A stretch of DNA of 64,000 bases from Selaginella moellendorffii (Eukaryota > Plantae > Lycopodiophyta). A model generated the notes under the pieces. The model saw nothing but the letters and a program-made list of their open reading frames with translations. It was not told the origin of the DNA and did not search any database. Location: contig NW_003314347.1 in assembly GCF_000143415.4 (NCBI RefSeq), forward strand, positions 581,438 to 645,437, written 5' to 3'. Positions 30,978 through 44,630 of the stretch are shown here, piece by piece (position 1 is the stretch's first letter; the number at the start of each line of letters is the position of its first letter). Position numbers and translations under genes: made by a program.

Positions 30978-31148
30978 GATGATCGGAAAATTTGAACATC
31001 AATGTTCCAAACCATGGAATGGATATTTGATCGCTGGCATTGTAAGGATGGAAAGACAAGGCTGCCACTGTTTGGATCCATGCGCGGCACTGACACTTGC
31101 TTGCAAGAGAATCTCCGCCGGCCGACCAGTCCATCTCCATTTCTTACT

Positions 31149-31214
31149 AACACGTGGCAGATGAGTACGCTGCCACGTATGCCACAACACACTTGGCATG
31201 CCACGTCTATAAAT
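31149..31214. promoter_or_regulatory. Cluster of three ABRE/G-box cores (ACGTGGC) next to TATAAAT
   Basis: cacgtggc 31151-58, tgccacgt 31171-78, tgccacgt 31199-206, tataaat 31208-14. Confidence 0.45.
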
Positions 31215-31752
31215 GGTAGCCCTAATTTTAAGGGCCTGGTTTTGAAACAGAATATTCATGGCCATCCCGGGCTTGGGAAAGCATACTGTGATTTCATCTC
31301 TTGGAGAAGGTCTTTGCAGCCAAGTAGTGGTCATATTCCTTGATCGCATTTTTAAAATTAGCGCGGTGGCATAGATGGATCGGAATGGCCCCTCCAGAAT
31401 TTCTTCCCTTTTCTGGTTTCTTGTGGCAAAGAGCTGTTCTTTAGTTTTCTTCTCTAGCGAAACCGTCAGGCGTGGACTCGTAATCCTGGCAATAGAAGAC
31501 GATGGATTGATCTTTGTTTGCGCAGGCATGTATGTTCCTTGATCCCAAGATCATGTATGGAGTTTTTTCAGCGTCTAATCTTGGCCCAGCAAGGTGGCCA
31601 ATGCTGGTGCAATCGATCTCCGCGGTGGCAGCAGTGCAGGTAGATCGACATTTAGCTGGCCAAAGTTATATTTTATATTTTTCAATATCTTAGCAGGATT
31701 TGAATTAAACAAGTGAATAAAGAAAACTATGACTCAACATCGACCATCCAAA

Positions 31753-34452
31753 TCAAACCAATTTGTTCAAGAGCTTCCGCAGCTTCTCGATCTTGTCACC
31801 CGAGCTTTGTATCATTCGCTCATAGTTGACACGATCAAGCCTTGGGTTTAGTTTTTGGTGCTCGTCTTCTTCATCTTCTTCATCTTCTTCATCCACTTCA
31901 TCATTGTGCCCTTCATAGTAGTAAATTTTAGCATTAATCACCTTCTTCAACCCATCTCTAGCAGCATCATCCCATCTCTTGGCTCTCTTATTCAAGCTAG
32001 CAATATCGTCCCATGTCTCGACTCCACCCAAGTTTTTCTCCAGAAGTTTAAATTCACCACTTCTCACACGCTTTACTATACTTCCCACTATCTCCTCATT
32101 GCCCAGCCAAATTGCAACTTCAGCCAGTTCCTTGTAGTGACTGCGATATATCAGTGCTCGTGACAAAAGTTCCAAGAAGAGCTGCGTCACCTTTTCATCC
32201 TTCTTCAAGCCAATCAGCCCTGCTGCTTGTTTCAATTTGATCACAGTATTTCTTAGCTCCCAATCTTTCACTTTCCTCACGGCATCATGGAATTTCTCAT
32301 CCAGAGCCAAGAGCAGCACAAGTGCATCGTCACTACCAATGTCACTTAGCCCACCATAGATTTCTTCGAGGTCAACATCCTTGATGAATCTCTTCTTTGC
32401 CAAGGCCCTTGCAGCATCGTGACATCCTTGAGACTCCAGCTCCAAGACAAATTCGGCAATTGCTTGCAGAAATCCTCTCCTTCCTTTCAGCTGGAGCTTA
32501 GCCAGCTTTTCCATCTTTTTCTTCGCTGTTTCGCTGGGCGAAGGTGGACATTTAAAAGATCTTCCATAGCTCTGCTCGGGTTTCTCTGCTTCTCTCTCCC
32601 ATGAAGCCTCTTTGATTGCCAGCGTCTTCTCCCAAGACTCTTCGATGCGAAGAAAGCTGCTCTCTCCCCATTTTTTGACTACCTGGACCAAGCAGCCAGC
32701 GGGAAAGTAATAAAGTGTGGATGCGATATCCAAAATCTTCCATGCGTCATCTTCACGTCCACACTTGACGAAGAAGCCCAGCAAACGTGTCAAAAACAAA
32801 TTGCTCGTGCAGACATTCTCGTCCTCCAACAGCTTATATGCAAAAACTACAGCCGCCTCCTGCAAGCCACTCCCGCTCAGATGCTCGGCAAAGCTTACAA
32901 TCTCAGGCTGCTTCTCTTCCTCCTGCAAGAGCCCCTCAATCACCCCGCTGTAGCATTCATCCCATCCATACTTTTGTACCGCAGCAACCATAGCCTGTGC
33001 TTCTGTTTCCATGAGCTTCATCCCCCACTTCTTCATGACAGAAAAGGCTGCATCGCGAAAGTCGTGTTTGACGCAAAACTCTAGCAGAATTTTCACATTC
33101 AACCTTGTATCCTGGGAGTTTGACAAAGCATCCACGTATCGCTCTAAATCCCCACTCGTCCGGCCAGGCTCGCGCTTGTGCTGCTCCTCGAGCCAGTTCA
33201 CTACACATCTGACTGACTGTGTTGCGCACAGCGCCTCCATTCTGCAATCCTTGGGCCACACCACCAGAGCTGCGGTATGATAGAACGAGTTTGTATCGCC
33301 GCCATCGTTGCCATTGTATGGTTCAGTCTCCTTCTTGTCTGGTGAGTCGTCAAAAGGATCTTCCTTGTTGCTGTCGTCCCTCACAACCTGATTTTCTAAA
33401 GACAAGCTGCTACTTGTGAAGTGCTCGGGTTTTTGATCGTCGATTGTTGTCCAGTTCTCCACACTGTAGTCAACCTCGAATATGTCACAAATCTCGTTAT
33501 CGATGGTGTGCTTGACGAGCATGCAGAGATAAACGTCGAGGAAGCTTGTGCAGCTCAGCACAAGCGCTGCGACAACCCTGTCGTGTCCCTTGAGCCCCGC
33601 AAAGCTCAGGCTGTTGTTCGAGTACTTGTGGCCCAGAGGAATGGCGAGGATCGGTGACGAGGAGCCTTGCATTTTCTCAGCCCATTGTTTCAGCTGGCTT
33701 TGAACACTCCCGATGGCTGACACGTAGTGGCGAGCATCGACATCCACAAACTTTGCATTGCTCCGCACCAGGCTGAACACCAGGCAAAGCCTTGTCCCGC
33801 TCGTCACCTCGGCCAGCTTGTGCTCGCAATCGCAGAAGAAAGCCGTCTGAAAGTACCCCGTCCTTGAATCGGGACCAGAGAAATCAAAAGTGACACTCTT
33901 CTTCCCATGAAGAATCTCCAGCTTGCCACCCTCGTGCCCGGACTCTGTTGGAAGCTGCAAGATCATCGTCGCAAACATCCCAACCTCCTTCTCGGTATCC
34001 CTGTGAGACTTGAAGTGGCCACCCTGCTCATACAGAAGCAGCTTATACAGTCTCACGTCCAAGCCAAGCGCAGCCGCATCGATCCCCATCTCCTCCATCG
34101 CGGGAACGGCCATGTCGAGCACCACCTTTGAGAAAAAGTCTGGGATTTGAGGGCAACTCACTTTGGACGCGTCCACTTGCCATGCACGGCGGACATCAGT
34201 GTCGAGCAAAGTTTCCTCGCCCTTTCCATAGGGTGCTTGCTGTGACACGGCCTTGAGCTTGAGGAAGCCATCGCCGGAGAGAGGAAGGGCGAGATCTCCA
34301 GCGCCCTCCACTCGCAAGGAGGCGGGTATGGCGAATTTGCTTGCATCAACCTCGCCTCCCGTGGCGTACTTTTGGCGGGGAAGAGTAGACCACAGTACCT
34401 TGAGCAGCGCCTGGTAATCCACAAACCGCTTGTTAGCTTTTTGTTCCTTCAT
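31753..34452 (-). CDS. Intronless 899-aa protein: N-terminal 2OG-Fe(II) oxygenase domain plus a long alpha-helical C-terminus
   Basis: YKLLLYEQGGHFKSHRD (HxD), GHEGGKL, DCEHKLAEVTSGTRLCLVFSL (distal His and 2OG-binding Arg); uninterrupted 2.7-kb ORF. Confidence 0.9.
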   Translation of the reverse strand: MKEQKANKRFVDYQALLKVLWSTLPRQKYATGGEVDASKFAIPASLRVEGAGDLALPLSGDGFLKLKAVSQQAPYGKGEETLLDTDVRRAWQVDASKVSCPQIPDFFSKVVLDMAVPAMEEMGIDAAALGLDVRLYKLLLYEQGGHFKSHRDTEKEVGMFATMILQLPTESGHEGGKLEILHGKKSVTFDFSGPDSRTGYFQTAFFCDCEHKLAEVTSGTRLCLVFSLVRSNAKFVDVDARHYVSAIGSVQSQLKQWAEKMQGSSSPILAIPLGHKYSNNSLSFAGLKGHDRVVAALVLSCTSFLDVYLCMLVKHTIDNEICDIFEVDYSVENWTTIDDQKPEHFTSSSLSLENQVVRDDSNKEDPFDDSPDKKETEPYNGNDGGDTNSFYHTAALVVWPKDCRMEALCATQSVRCVVNWLEEQHKREPGRTSGDLERYVDALSNSQDTRLNVKILLEFCVKHDFRDAAFSVMKKWGMKLMETEAQAMVAAVQKYGWDECYSGVIEGLLQEEEKQPEIVSFAEHLSGSGLQEAAVVFAYKLLEDENVCTSNLFLTRLLGFFVKCGREDDAWKILDIASTLYYFPAGCLVQVVKKWGESSFLRIEESWEKTLAIKEASWEREAEKPEQSYGRSFKCPPSPSETAKKKMEKLAKLQLKGRRGFLQAIAEFVLELESQGCHDAARALAKKRFIKDVDLEEIYGGLSDIGSDDALVLLLALDEKFHDAVRKVKDWELRNTVIKLKQAAGLIGLKKDEKVTQLFLELLSRALIYRSHYKELAEVAIWLGNEEIVGSIVKRVRSGEFKLLEKNLGGVETWDDIASLNKRAKRWDDAARDGLKKVINAKIYYYEGHNDEVDEEDEEDEEDEHQKLNPRLDRVNYERMIQSSGDKIEKLRKLLNKLV

Positions 34453-34566
34453 TTTGATTAGGCTTAGAGTTTGGTACTTTTAGCTCAAAGCCATCTTATT
34501 CATCTTTATTCTCTCTATAATCTACAAATAACTCATCCTCTCGACATGGAGGATCCGAGAGCCTAG

Positions 34567-34872
34567 TTAGTTCTTCTTGCTGCACGAGGTGTATCCGTGC
34601 AGCTTGCAGCGCGTCGGGATGCTCTCCGCGTTGTGCTCGTTGATGCTGTATCCCGCGGCCTTTGCTGCGGCGATGGTGCTGCACAGGCACGCTGGATTGC
34701 TCTTGAATCCCTCCACCACCTTGCAGCACGCCCCCGAGGGTGTCGCCGTAGCGCTGCGCGTCGCGGCGGCACACGGCAGCAGCGCCGAGTAGTTGTTGCT
34801 GCATGTAGCCGCCGCGGCCATGGAGACTAACATGTAAGACGCGAGCACCAGCATTGCGATCTTCACAGCCAT
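34567..34872 (-). CDS. Non-specific lipid transfer protein (8-Cys motif), secreted
   Basis: Signal peptide MAVKIAMLVLASYMLVSMAAA; C-C-CC-CxC-C-C pattern; TATAAAA about 70 bp upstream (34942-48). Confidence 0.9.
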   Translation of the reverse strand: MAVKIAMLVLASYMLVSMAAAATCSNNYSALLPCAAATRSATATPSGACCKVVEGFKSNPACLCSTIAAAKAAGYSINEHNAESIPTRCKLHGYTSCSKKN

Positions 34873-35091
34873 CTCTCTTTCCCTTCTTCTCTCCGAGAAG
34901 CTTTGGATTGCTACGAGTGGAAGAAGCGCTGCCTGGCAAGCTTTTATAGTTCGGGAGTGTGTAACGCATCCCGGGATATATTCCAGATATCTGGTTGCGT
35001 GGAGCACTACCTTCACATTTTGTGTCACTTATCTTGCTCAATTGGCGCCAACTTTTGCTCGTCTTGACGCTTTCGAATGTTTCCGAGTGAT

Positions 35092-38000
35092 TCATGTTTT
35101 ACTGTCACGGTGCTTCTCCAGTGAAGAATTATCTACAAAGCTCCCATTGCTAGCTAAGGACTCGGTGCTTAAATCTTGTTTGGACCCGGTCTTGGTGGAA
35201 TGATCTCGCACCTTGTCCTGGTTTGGAAGAGAAACATAAGTACAAACTATAGCCAAAACTTGCATTAGAATACTCACCTGGAATGGTTTCACCCACGCAA
35301 ACTCGCCACCAGCTTTCTTCTCCAGTGCTTCCTGCGCTTGGACATCCAGAGACTCGCGCATTATGCGTCTCAAGAAGTTGACGTCGTCCGGCATGACTCC
35401 GAGGCCCCGGAGTAGCACAGACCCAAGCTCCAAGCTCGTCTGATGGTTTTTAAAGCTTTTTCAACACTGAGAAAAGCAAAGGCTTGCATACCTCAGCGTT
35501 TTCCAAGATAGCATCAGTAGCGCCGGCTTGTTTAAGCTCGAGCAAGTGTCCCAAGTCTTGTGCTCTAGCGAATATAGGCGTCTGTCCACGCAGGAGGTTA
35601 GTGCAAAAAAAAATAAAATAAAAAAAATGAAAATACCTCTGGAAATGCTAGCCGCAGCCTCTCCACTGCTTGCACAGCACTTCCTCTGCCAGTGTACATC
35701 ACCATGAGTGCCTTCGGTTTTACCACCCCAGCAGTTTGTAACACCAATGGCCGTGATCCATCTCCATACAGGACAGGAAAGCCCAGCGTCCTAGACACCT
35801 GATAGAAGAGATGAGAAACAAAAAGCTTCTTGTAGTTCTAACTTCAGCTTGCCTTCACGCGGTTAGGATCAAGATCAAATGCTAGATATGGCCAGCCTTC
35901 AACATCACCGCCAGGACCATTTGCTAGAGGCGTAGACAGGAAGTTGGCTAGAACCTGGAAAAACAAAGTAAGCAAAATAAGCTATGCTGTAGATCAGAAA
36001 CCTGGCCAGTCTGACCAAATCCAACAATAACAACCGGCTCAGCAACTTTAGGAATTTCCACCTTTTTAATCTGTAAAGACTACCTGGATCAGCTTCAAAG
36101 TGAAAAGCCAGTATACCTCCGTAGAATCTTGTTGAATTTTCAACTCAATAATGGTAGCAAGCTTGCGACCAATCTCGTTCAAGAAAGGAGTGAGAGCCAT
36201 CGACAATACAACCACGATAATGAGTAAACGGTTGAGCTCCAAGGGCAATACTCCAAGCCTGTACAGCAACAAAAGTAATAAGAAAGTGGCACTAAAGCTC
36301 GCTTTTGTGAGTACCTGTTTGCAAGAGCGAAAACCACGAAGGCAAATTCTCCACCTTGTGAGAGAAGCAGGCCAGTACGAACACTTTCTGGCAGTGACAA
36401 GCCAACTTTATTGCCAATGGCGGTAGTGATTAGTGTTTTTATCGCGATTAAGCCACCTAGGAGTGCTAAAACATTTGGCCACTCTCGAATTAAAAGCTGC
36501 AAAATGGATAGAACAGTATAAAAATCGGTCAAAAACAATGCTCTGTCCTCACCTGGAGATCGATCGATGTGCCCGTCGTTACAAAAAACAGTCCAAGCAA
36601 TAATCCTCTGAAAGGACGAATGTCTGCTTCGACTTGTGTGCGATAATTTGTCTCCGCTAAAAGTGCACCAGCGAGAAATGCTCCAAGCTTTCACAACGAA
36701 ATATTCAGCACAAAAGCATCTCCTGAGTATGAATGCACATACCGTGTCGCTGAACCCAAGCTTTTGCGTTAGCAGAGACGTTCCAGTGACTGTAAGCAAA
36801 CAAAGAGCTACAAAAGCTTCGGAGCTCCTTGAATCTGCTACGACCTGTATCAATTTGAATCGATTAAATAAAACGATTTGAGGGGTGGCCAACCTCAAAA
36901 ATACGACGAAGAAGTAATTGTCCGCCAAGGGACAGTGCTCCCAAGCCACCCAAGGCTTTTAGACTTTCAGCCGCCATTACAGGCCAGAGACTCTCTTGTG
37001 AAAAATTCTGTAATATCGATATGAAGATACGAGCAGATGAGATATCAGAATAACATACCCCGGTTTCTAGAATTGGTAGAATGACCAGCAAAGGTACGAC
37101 AGCAATGTCCTAGAAATACCAAGTTAGTAAAAGAATTTTGTTGCGCATCTTGTACTTGAAACAGAAGAATTCCAAGGGTGGCAGAGCCAAATCTTGTTGG
37201 AAGTTCTCCCTTCTCTGAAAGAAGCTGCAAAAATACAGCACTTAACAAATTAACAAAGAAGCATTTTGGACAACAAACCTGCAAGACAAATGCGGAAGAA
37301 GACAATGATAAACCCGCTCCAATAACTACAGCTTCGTCTACAGTTCTAATATTTACCTGTTAAAAGGACAGTTAAAAGATGGCCATGTTTGCCCACAAAA
37401 CTTACAAGATCCGGTCGAGAATGGAAAAGAAATTCGAGAAGTCTAGTTCCCAGTGCTCCATTTGGTGGAAGCTCAAATGCTGCGAACGCTACTGTCGATA
37501 GTAAAACCTGGCATAGGAAACCAAAAAATATCAAACGAAAGGCTAGAAAACGATCAAGCACCTGTGCAAATCCCATGCCAAATGCATACTTGGCCAATGC
37601 TTTTAAACGAGCGAGAGACAATTCTAATCCCATTTCAAAGAGCTGTTGGAAATTAAAAGAAATTCGATCAGGAAAACATCACAAAAGCTCACAGCGAAAA
37701 TACTTACAAGGAAAAGTATACCTAGTTCAGATAGAGCTTTGATGTCCGTCACGTTTCTGATAAGTCCGAGCTGGTTCATCACTACTCCAGACAAGAGAAA
37801 TCCCAAAATCTACGCAAAAGAAAAAAAAAGTTTTCGAGCTTCATGTTGAAAAAAATAATACTCACAGGGCTTGCTTTGAAGGCTTTGAATGAAGGCACGA
37901 CGAGCACTGTGGCGACGAGGAAAGTAAGCGTGTCCAATCCAAGGTCGTTGATTGTCTCCAGACTTACGTCCATGGCTCCATGAATAACAATTGCCTGTCG

Positions 38001-38257
38001 CGTTCTACGTCGAAAACTTCTCGTTTGCCGCAGCAGAGAACCAAAGAAACTGCTAACAATTTTTTCCTGATGGGTGGATGCCACTCCAGCTCCGGGCCTT
38101 GCAGCGCAGATTTCTTTACAATGCGCTAGCACCTATAGAAGAGAAACGAATACTTGTCTCGAGAAGATAAGAAAAGGAATGAAGAACTTACCGGGAATCC
38201 AGTCAATCTGACGTAGGGATCCTTGCACGCCAAGACGAATTTGGCGTGCAAAGCCAT
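35092..38257 (-). CDS. KEA3: K+ efflux antiporter 3 (thylakoid CPA2 with KTN domain), multi-exon
   Basis: INDLGLDTLTFLVATVLVVP, LFEMGLELSLARLKALAKYAFGMG, LLLSQGGEFAFV, VGFGQTGQVLANFL, GFPVLYGDGSRP. Confidence 0.93.
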
Positions 38258-38491
38258 GGCGAGGGCTACAAATCCAGCTCCAAGATCAGCGAGGCGACGA
38301 TTGGAACAAGCCGCCAAAGCTCCACAGCCGCATTCTTCACTCCACACGCCGCCATATCCACAATTGGATTTTTGGAAAGACCATATCTACGTGGCCATTT
38401 CGCGGCCTGGGTTCGAATCTTTAAGTAAACTCGTCTCTTTAAGTATGCTTTCTCTGTAAAAATGAAACCTTTAATTCAAGAGATAAGTTCC

Positions 38492-39771
38492 TTACTCATG
38501 GACAATGTTCACGCGTTTGTCTAACACCTTATTGAGAGTATTAGCGAGACGAACACCAGCTCGTGCAAGCAACAGTTTCACAATTGGCCAACGCGTCTCG
38601 AAATACGCATCTGTGTAACAAGAGTCGTCACTTACGAAAGGATAAAAAGTGCAAGCAACAAACCAGCCAATGTAGAGTTTTGAGGTGCATCCTTGTAACC
38701 CGAAGCGCAAGCAAATTTGATGCTCTCCTTCGCATACCTGATAATGACACAGAGCTGATTGTTCTGCCAGTTTAGACCAAATTACTCACTTACCTTACTG
38801 GACAGGTAAACTCTTCACCAGGACAGTGTCCCCACTTTGCAGCCTCCTCTGCCTAAACACGGATAAGTAACCTGGGAAGAAATGGCAACTAAGTTGTTCA
38901 CAGTGATGTTTTTCTTGATATCATGTTCCATGCTTGCAATGGAACCCGCATAAAATCTTTCCAGAGCCTTGTTGATGATATCTGAGTCCCACACCTACAA
39001 AGTTCAACTTCGGCATCACACCTTCTGTAGGATGTAGCTTCATACTTACCCGATGAAGATTGCTGGAGCGGTTGTACCAAGTCAGAAGTATAGTGTTGCC
39101 ACCGAGATCGCCAAGGAATCCCAAATGCATTGGCTGCAAGAAGTTCACTGTTTCAGACAAAGAAAAAGGACAAAGAGCGAACCTGATGAATGTCCCCCAA
39201 GAAATGAGCTAAGAACATAAGTGCTTCTGTGAGATTATCTGTGAGATCACACTGGTGAGGTGGAAATGCAATAGCAAAAGTTAGCACTAACAGGTGACGT
39301 TGTGCTGATGCTCGAGCTGCGAAGTGTAGTTGTAGATAGCAGCAGTTATGCACACGTTTTTAGCTCCAAAGTAGTGACAATCCCCTGCGCATATTAGAGT
39401 GAGCTTATAATGAATCCTGAAGTAATTCTTTCCTTGCTTTCATCATCGAATCCACAAACGTTGTCGGGTGTGTCTGCAAAATGGAGAGGAGCGCTCCAGC
39501 TATAAGCATACGAACGTTTAACTTGATCTGGCCATAAGCAGGCGTGCGAGAAGTTGAGGCTAGTCACGGAAAGCAAGTTTGTGACTGCGCTCTGAGTCGG
39601 TGCCTTGAAAAGAGACTGAAGAAAAAGAAGAAGAAATAAACACAGTGATAGAAATTAGAGTTGAAATACCTGTGCGATAGTGCAGGTAACAATGTGGCCG
39701 ATGTCGCCCCAACCGGCAACTTCGGCTGAGAATGCTGCCAACAGCAACACCACGCTCCTTAAGGTAACCAT
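38492..39771 (-). CDS. S1/P1 (bifunctional) nuclease, tandem copy A, multi-exon
   Basis: Signal peptide then WGDIGH, WPD, LHFADTPD, EALMFLAHFLGDIHQPMH, NLHRVWD, ARAGVRLA. Confidence 0.9.
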
Positions 39772-40029
39772 AATCGAGAAGCGAGTGTTGCAAATAACCA
39801 GAACGAAGCTCGCAATGAAAAAAATTCCTCTTTTTCCGTATGAACAGTCACTGGAATCCAGCTAACCAACAAGACAGGCACACTGGCGTGTAGCACGTTA
39901 TTGTTGTAAGAAATGAACAGTGCATTGCTACCGCAAGGCTTACTCTCTAACCATGAATAAAATTAGAAAGATTAAAAGTTGGTAATAGCCTTGTCGTGTT
40001 CTCATAGCTTTCACCGACCATCAGATCGA

Positions 40030-41287
40030 TCACTCATAATTACGAACAGCCCCTTCGTTGAAAACCTCATTGAGTATTCCACCAAGTCGAACACCTCCGC
40101 GTGCGAGGAGAAATTTGACAATCGGCCAGCGCGTCTCAAAGTACTCATCTGCCAGAAAGCAAACTGAATCTTATAGAGAAAAACAATTGGCTAACCACAA
40201 ACCAGCCAATGTGAAGTTTTGGGACACGTCCTTGTAACCCCAACCGCAAGCGATTTTGACACCTTCTTCAGCGTACCTGGACTCAAATTATTGGTATTTT
40301 TCTCAGTTGAAGGAAGTATGAACTTGCCTCAGTGGACAGCCAAACTTTCGACCGCGGCAACCTCTTCTGCCTGAACAAAAAATTAGAGACTGAGAAGCTA
40401 AGCAAATAAATAATAGGACTTATCAGTGATACTCATTCTAATATTATGTTCCATCACCCCAACTGAGCCGCCATAGTACCTTGGTATAGCCGTGTGAATA
40501 ATATCTTCGTCCCACACCTGCAAGCGCATTCTAATCAGAAATGTAGCCAATTTTTACCTGATGAAGATTGGTTGAGCGATTGTACCAACTGACACGGACT
40601 CGATTGCCACCGAGATCACCAAGGAATCCCATGTGCATTGGCTGCAATCAGTCCAGAAAATCAGGAAGTTTACTAAAAACAAGCAGAAATACAAACAACC
40701 TCATGAATATCTCCAAGGTAATGGGACAAGAACATAAGTGCCTCGGTGCGATTATCTGTCAAATCATAGTCAAAAGAGTACGCAGTTTAGAGTTTGATAC
40801 TAACAGGCGAGCAAACGTTGATTCTCAAGCTGCGAAGTATAGTTGTAGACAGCTGCAGTGCAGCATACGTTTTTAAATCCCAGGAAGTGACAATCCCCTG
40901 GAAACATCCAACCTTCATGTCAGCCTACGCAGTCTAACTCTAGTAGCTTACTCTCATCGTCGTATCCACAAACGTTGTCGGGCGTATCCGCAAAATGCAA
41001 GGGAGCGCTCCAACGATAGGCATACGAGCGTTTGACATGATCTGCCCAAGTGCAGCTCTGTGAGAAGTTCAAGCCAGTAGCGGAAAGCAAATCTGTGACT
41101 GCATTCTGAGTCGGTGCCTTGAAAAAGGACTGAGAAATGTGCATATCAGAGAAACGGTGATGAATATCTCATCGAAAACACATACCTCTGCGATCATGCA
41201 GGTAACAATGTGTCCAACATCGCCCCACGCTGCTACCTTACATGAGAAGGCTGCTACCAGCAACAGCAGAAATGTTGGAACATCCAT
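40030..41287 (-). CDS. S1/P1 (bifunctional) nuclease, tandem copy B, multi-exon
   Basis: Signal peptide then WGDVGH, WAD, LHFADTPD, EALMFLSHYLGDIHEPMH, NLHQVWD, ARGGVRLG; TGA at 40030-32. Confidence 0.9.
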
Positions 41288-41688
41288 ATCAGCTTCCTTC
41301 CGGGGTTCACAGGCACTTTACTCTTTAAGAAATCTACTTTTGTAGAAGGATGAAAAACGTGGGACTGTACAACATACTAAGCAAAGAGCAATGCGTTAGG
41401 TTCCATAAGAAAATCAGGATTCATACCTTATTATGTTTAGTTGCACGCGATACTTTTAATCTAGACGATAGAGTGTTATGTACATTTCTTCTTCTGATCT
41501 ATTATTCTAGCCAGAAACTTTTCTCTTCAGCAATGCTATCGTCTAAACACACAGAAAGTCTCCAGAGTTAAAACGAATACAAATTACAAAACAAAAACAG
41601 TTAAGGACCTGTTGCACTGTGCGCAGTATCAGATGAACGATCTCGTGCCTAGGAAGTTCCCTGTTGGGAGAATAGTAAAGGACGTAAG

Positions 41689-42693
41689 TTACGAGCAAGG
41701 TTTTGACACGTACTTCAAAGTCGCAGCATCGCCCTCATCGTCCATCACCTACAAGATAAGTCAAAATTTTAACTTGAGCTATGCTTACACTAAGCACAAA
41801 ACTGTGTAGGCAAAGGCCTTCCGACAATCTTCCGACAGTTGCGCCAGTTCACCTGAAGAAAATAAACAAATCATACACTTTTGAAGAAAGAAAACTGCGT
41901 ACCAGAAGCGAGGTGCGTGTCGTTTTCGTTAGAGGCGGCACCTGAGCTTCCTGCAATGGCAGAAATCAAGCTTTCTGTCAACTCGTCCAGACGAGAAAAA
42001 TCCTCTAGCGATGGACTTCCTGGTGCCAAGTCATGGCCGCTCATTTGAGCCTGTATTATATAGTCCATAGACCTCTCCAAGAAAAATAAAGAGCAACCTC
42101 GGTTTTGGAGAGTTTTCTACAAGGAAAACATTTATAAAGATTGATGACAAGATTTTATCTCGTACCTGAGATTTCCATCCTTCTCGTGGTTTTCCTGCGA
42201 GAGTATCACCAGATTAATTTGAACATTTCAATTAATCACAGAACTGTTAAATTGCTTGAAAGCGCCTGCGAATCCCTCGACAGCCTACCTGGAAAGAAAA
42301 TCATCTTAGATCCATTGAAAACGGACACGCGTGTAGAAAAACTTTCATACAATAAAGAGTACTTACGAAGAGCAGTGATGCGATGCTCGTCACTCCCGTT
42401 GCTTCCATTGCTCCCTGCAAGGAATAAAGTCGCAGGAAGTAGAAAATATCATCACAAGTGGCGAGATCTTTCCAGCTCTGTAGAGAACAGAAGATCAAGG
42501 AAAGAAATCGATAGGATCAAGCATAACAATCGAATATTTCGGAACGAATCGAGAAGATCGAGCACAGATTTGCAATATTTCCTCAAGAAGCAGCATTTTC
42601 GATTCAAGATAGCTAGCGATCAGGCAGCAGGATCATACCTAGGCGCCGCTTGCGCCGCGCGTATTCCCTGATCGGCGCCACGTTCCGCTTCAT
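41689..42693 (-). CDS. Hypothetical small multi-exon protein
   Basis: ATG at 42693 (MKRNVAPIREYARRKRRL|GT) followed by several short GT-AG-bounded segments ending VMDDEGDAATLKYVSKPCS*; no recognised domain. Confidence 0.35.
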
Positions 42694-42814
42694 GCGAGAA
42701 ATCGCGCCCTTGCGCGTTACAAAAACATACTTCGACCTAGTTTTAGGGTTCTTGGGAAGTTCTCGCTCATTTACACAAGAGCTAGGTCACATTTCTTCCA
42801 ATGTAGCTAGATTT

Positions 42815-44481
<1,667 letters not shown>

Positions 44482-44484
44482 TCA

Positions 44485-44630
44485 ACTAACGGTGTGGAAT
44501 TTAAGGTTGTGGCGATGGACGAAGTAACCTGTAAACAACGGACACGGGCTATAGATTTCAACCGCAAGTAACCGCTGGAACCGCTAACGACCAGTTAGTG
44601 AATCCCGTTTCCGTGACAACGGAACCGACG
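44485..44630. promoter_or_regulatory. Dense cluster of MYB-type AAC(C/G)G sites upstream of alpha-tubulin
   Basis: aacgg, aacgg, aaccgc (44560), aaccgct (44570), aaccgct (44579), aacgg and aaccg within ~145 bp. Confidence 0.45.

Noticed and set aside
44607-44620. X-box-like GTTTCCGTGACAAC upstream of alpha-tubulin
   Set aside because: RFX factors are not known in plants and the match is imperfect
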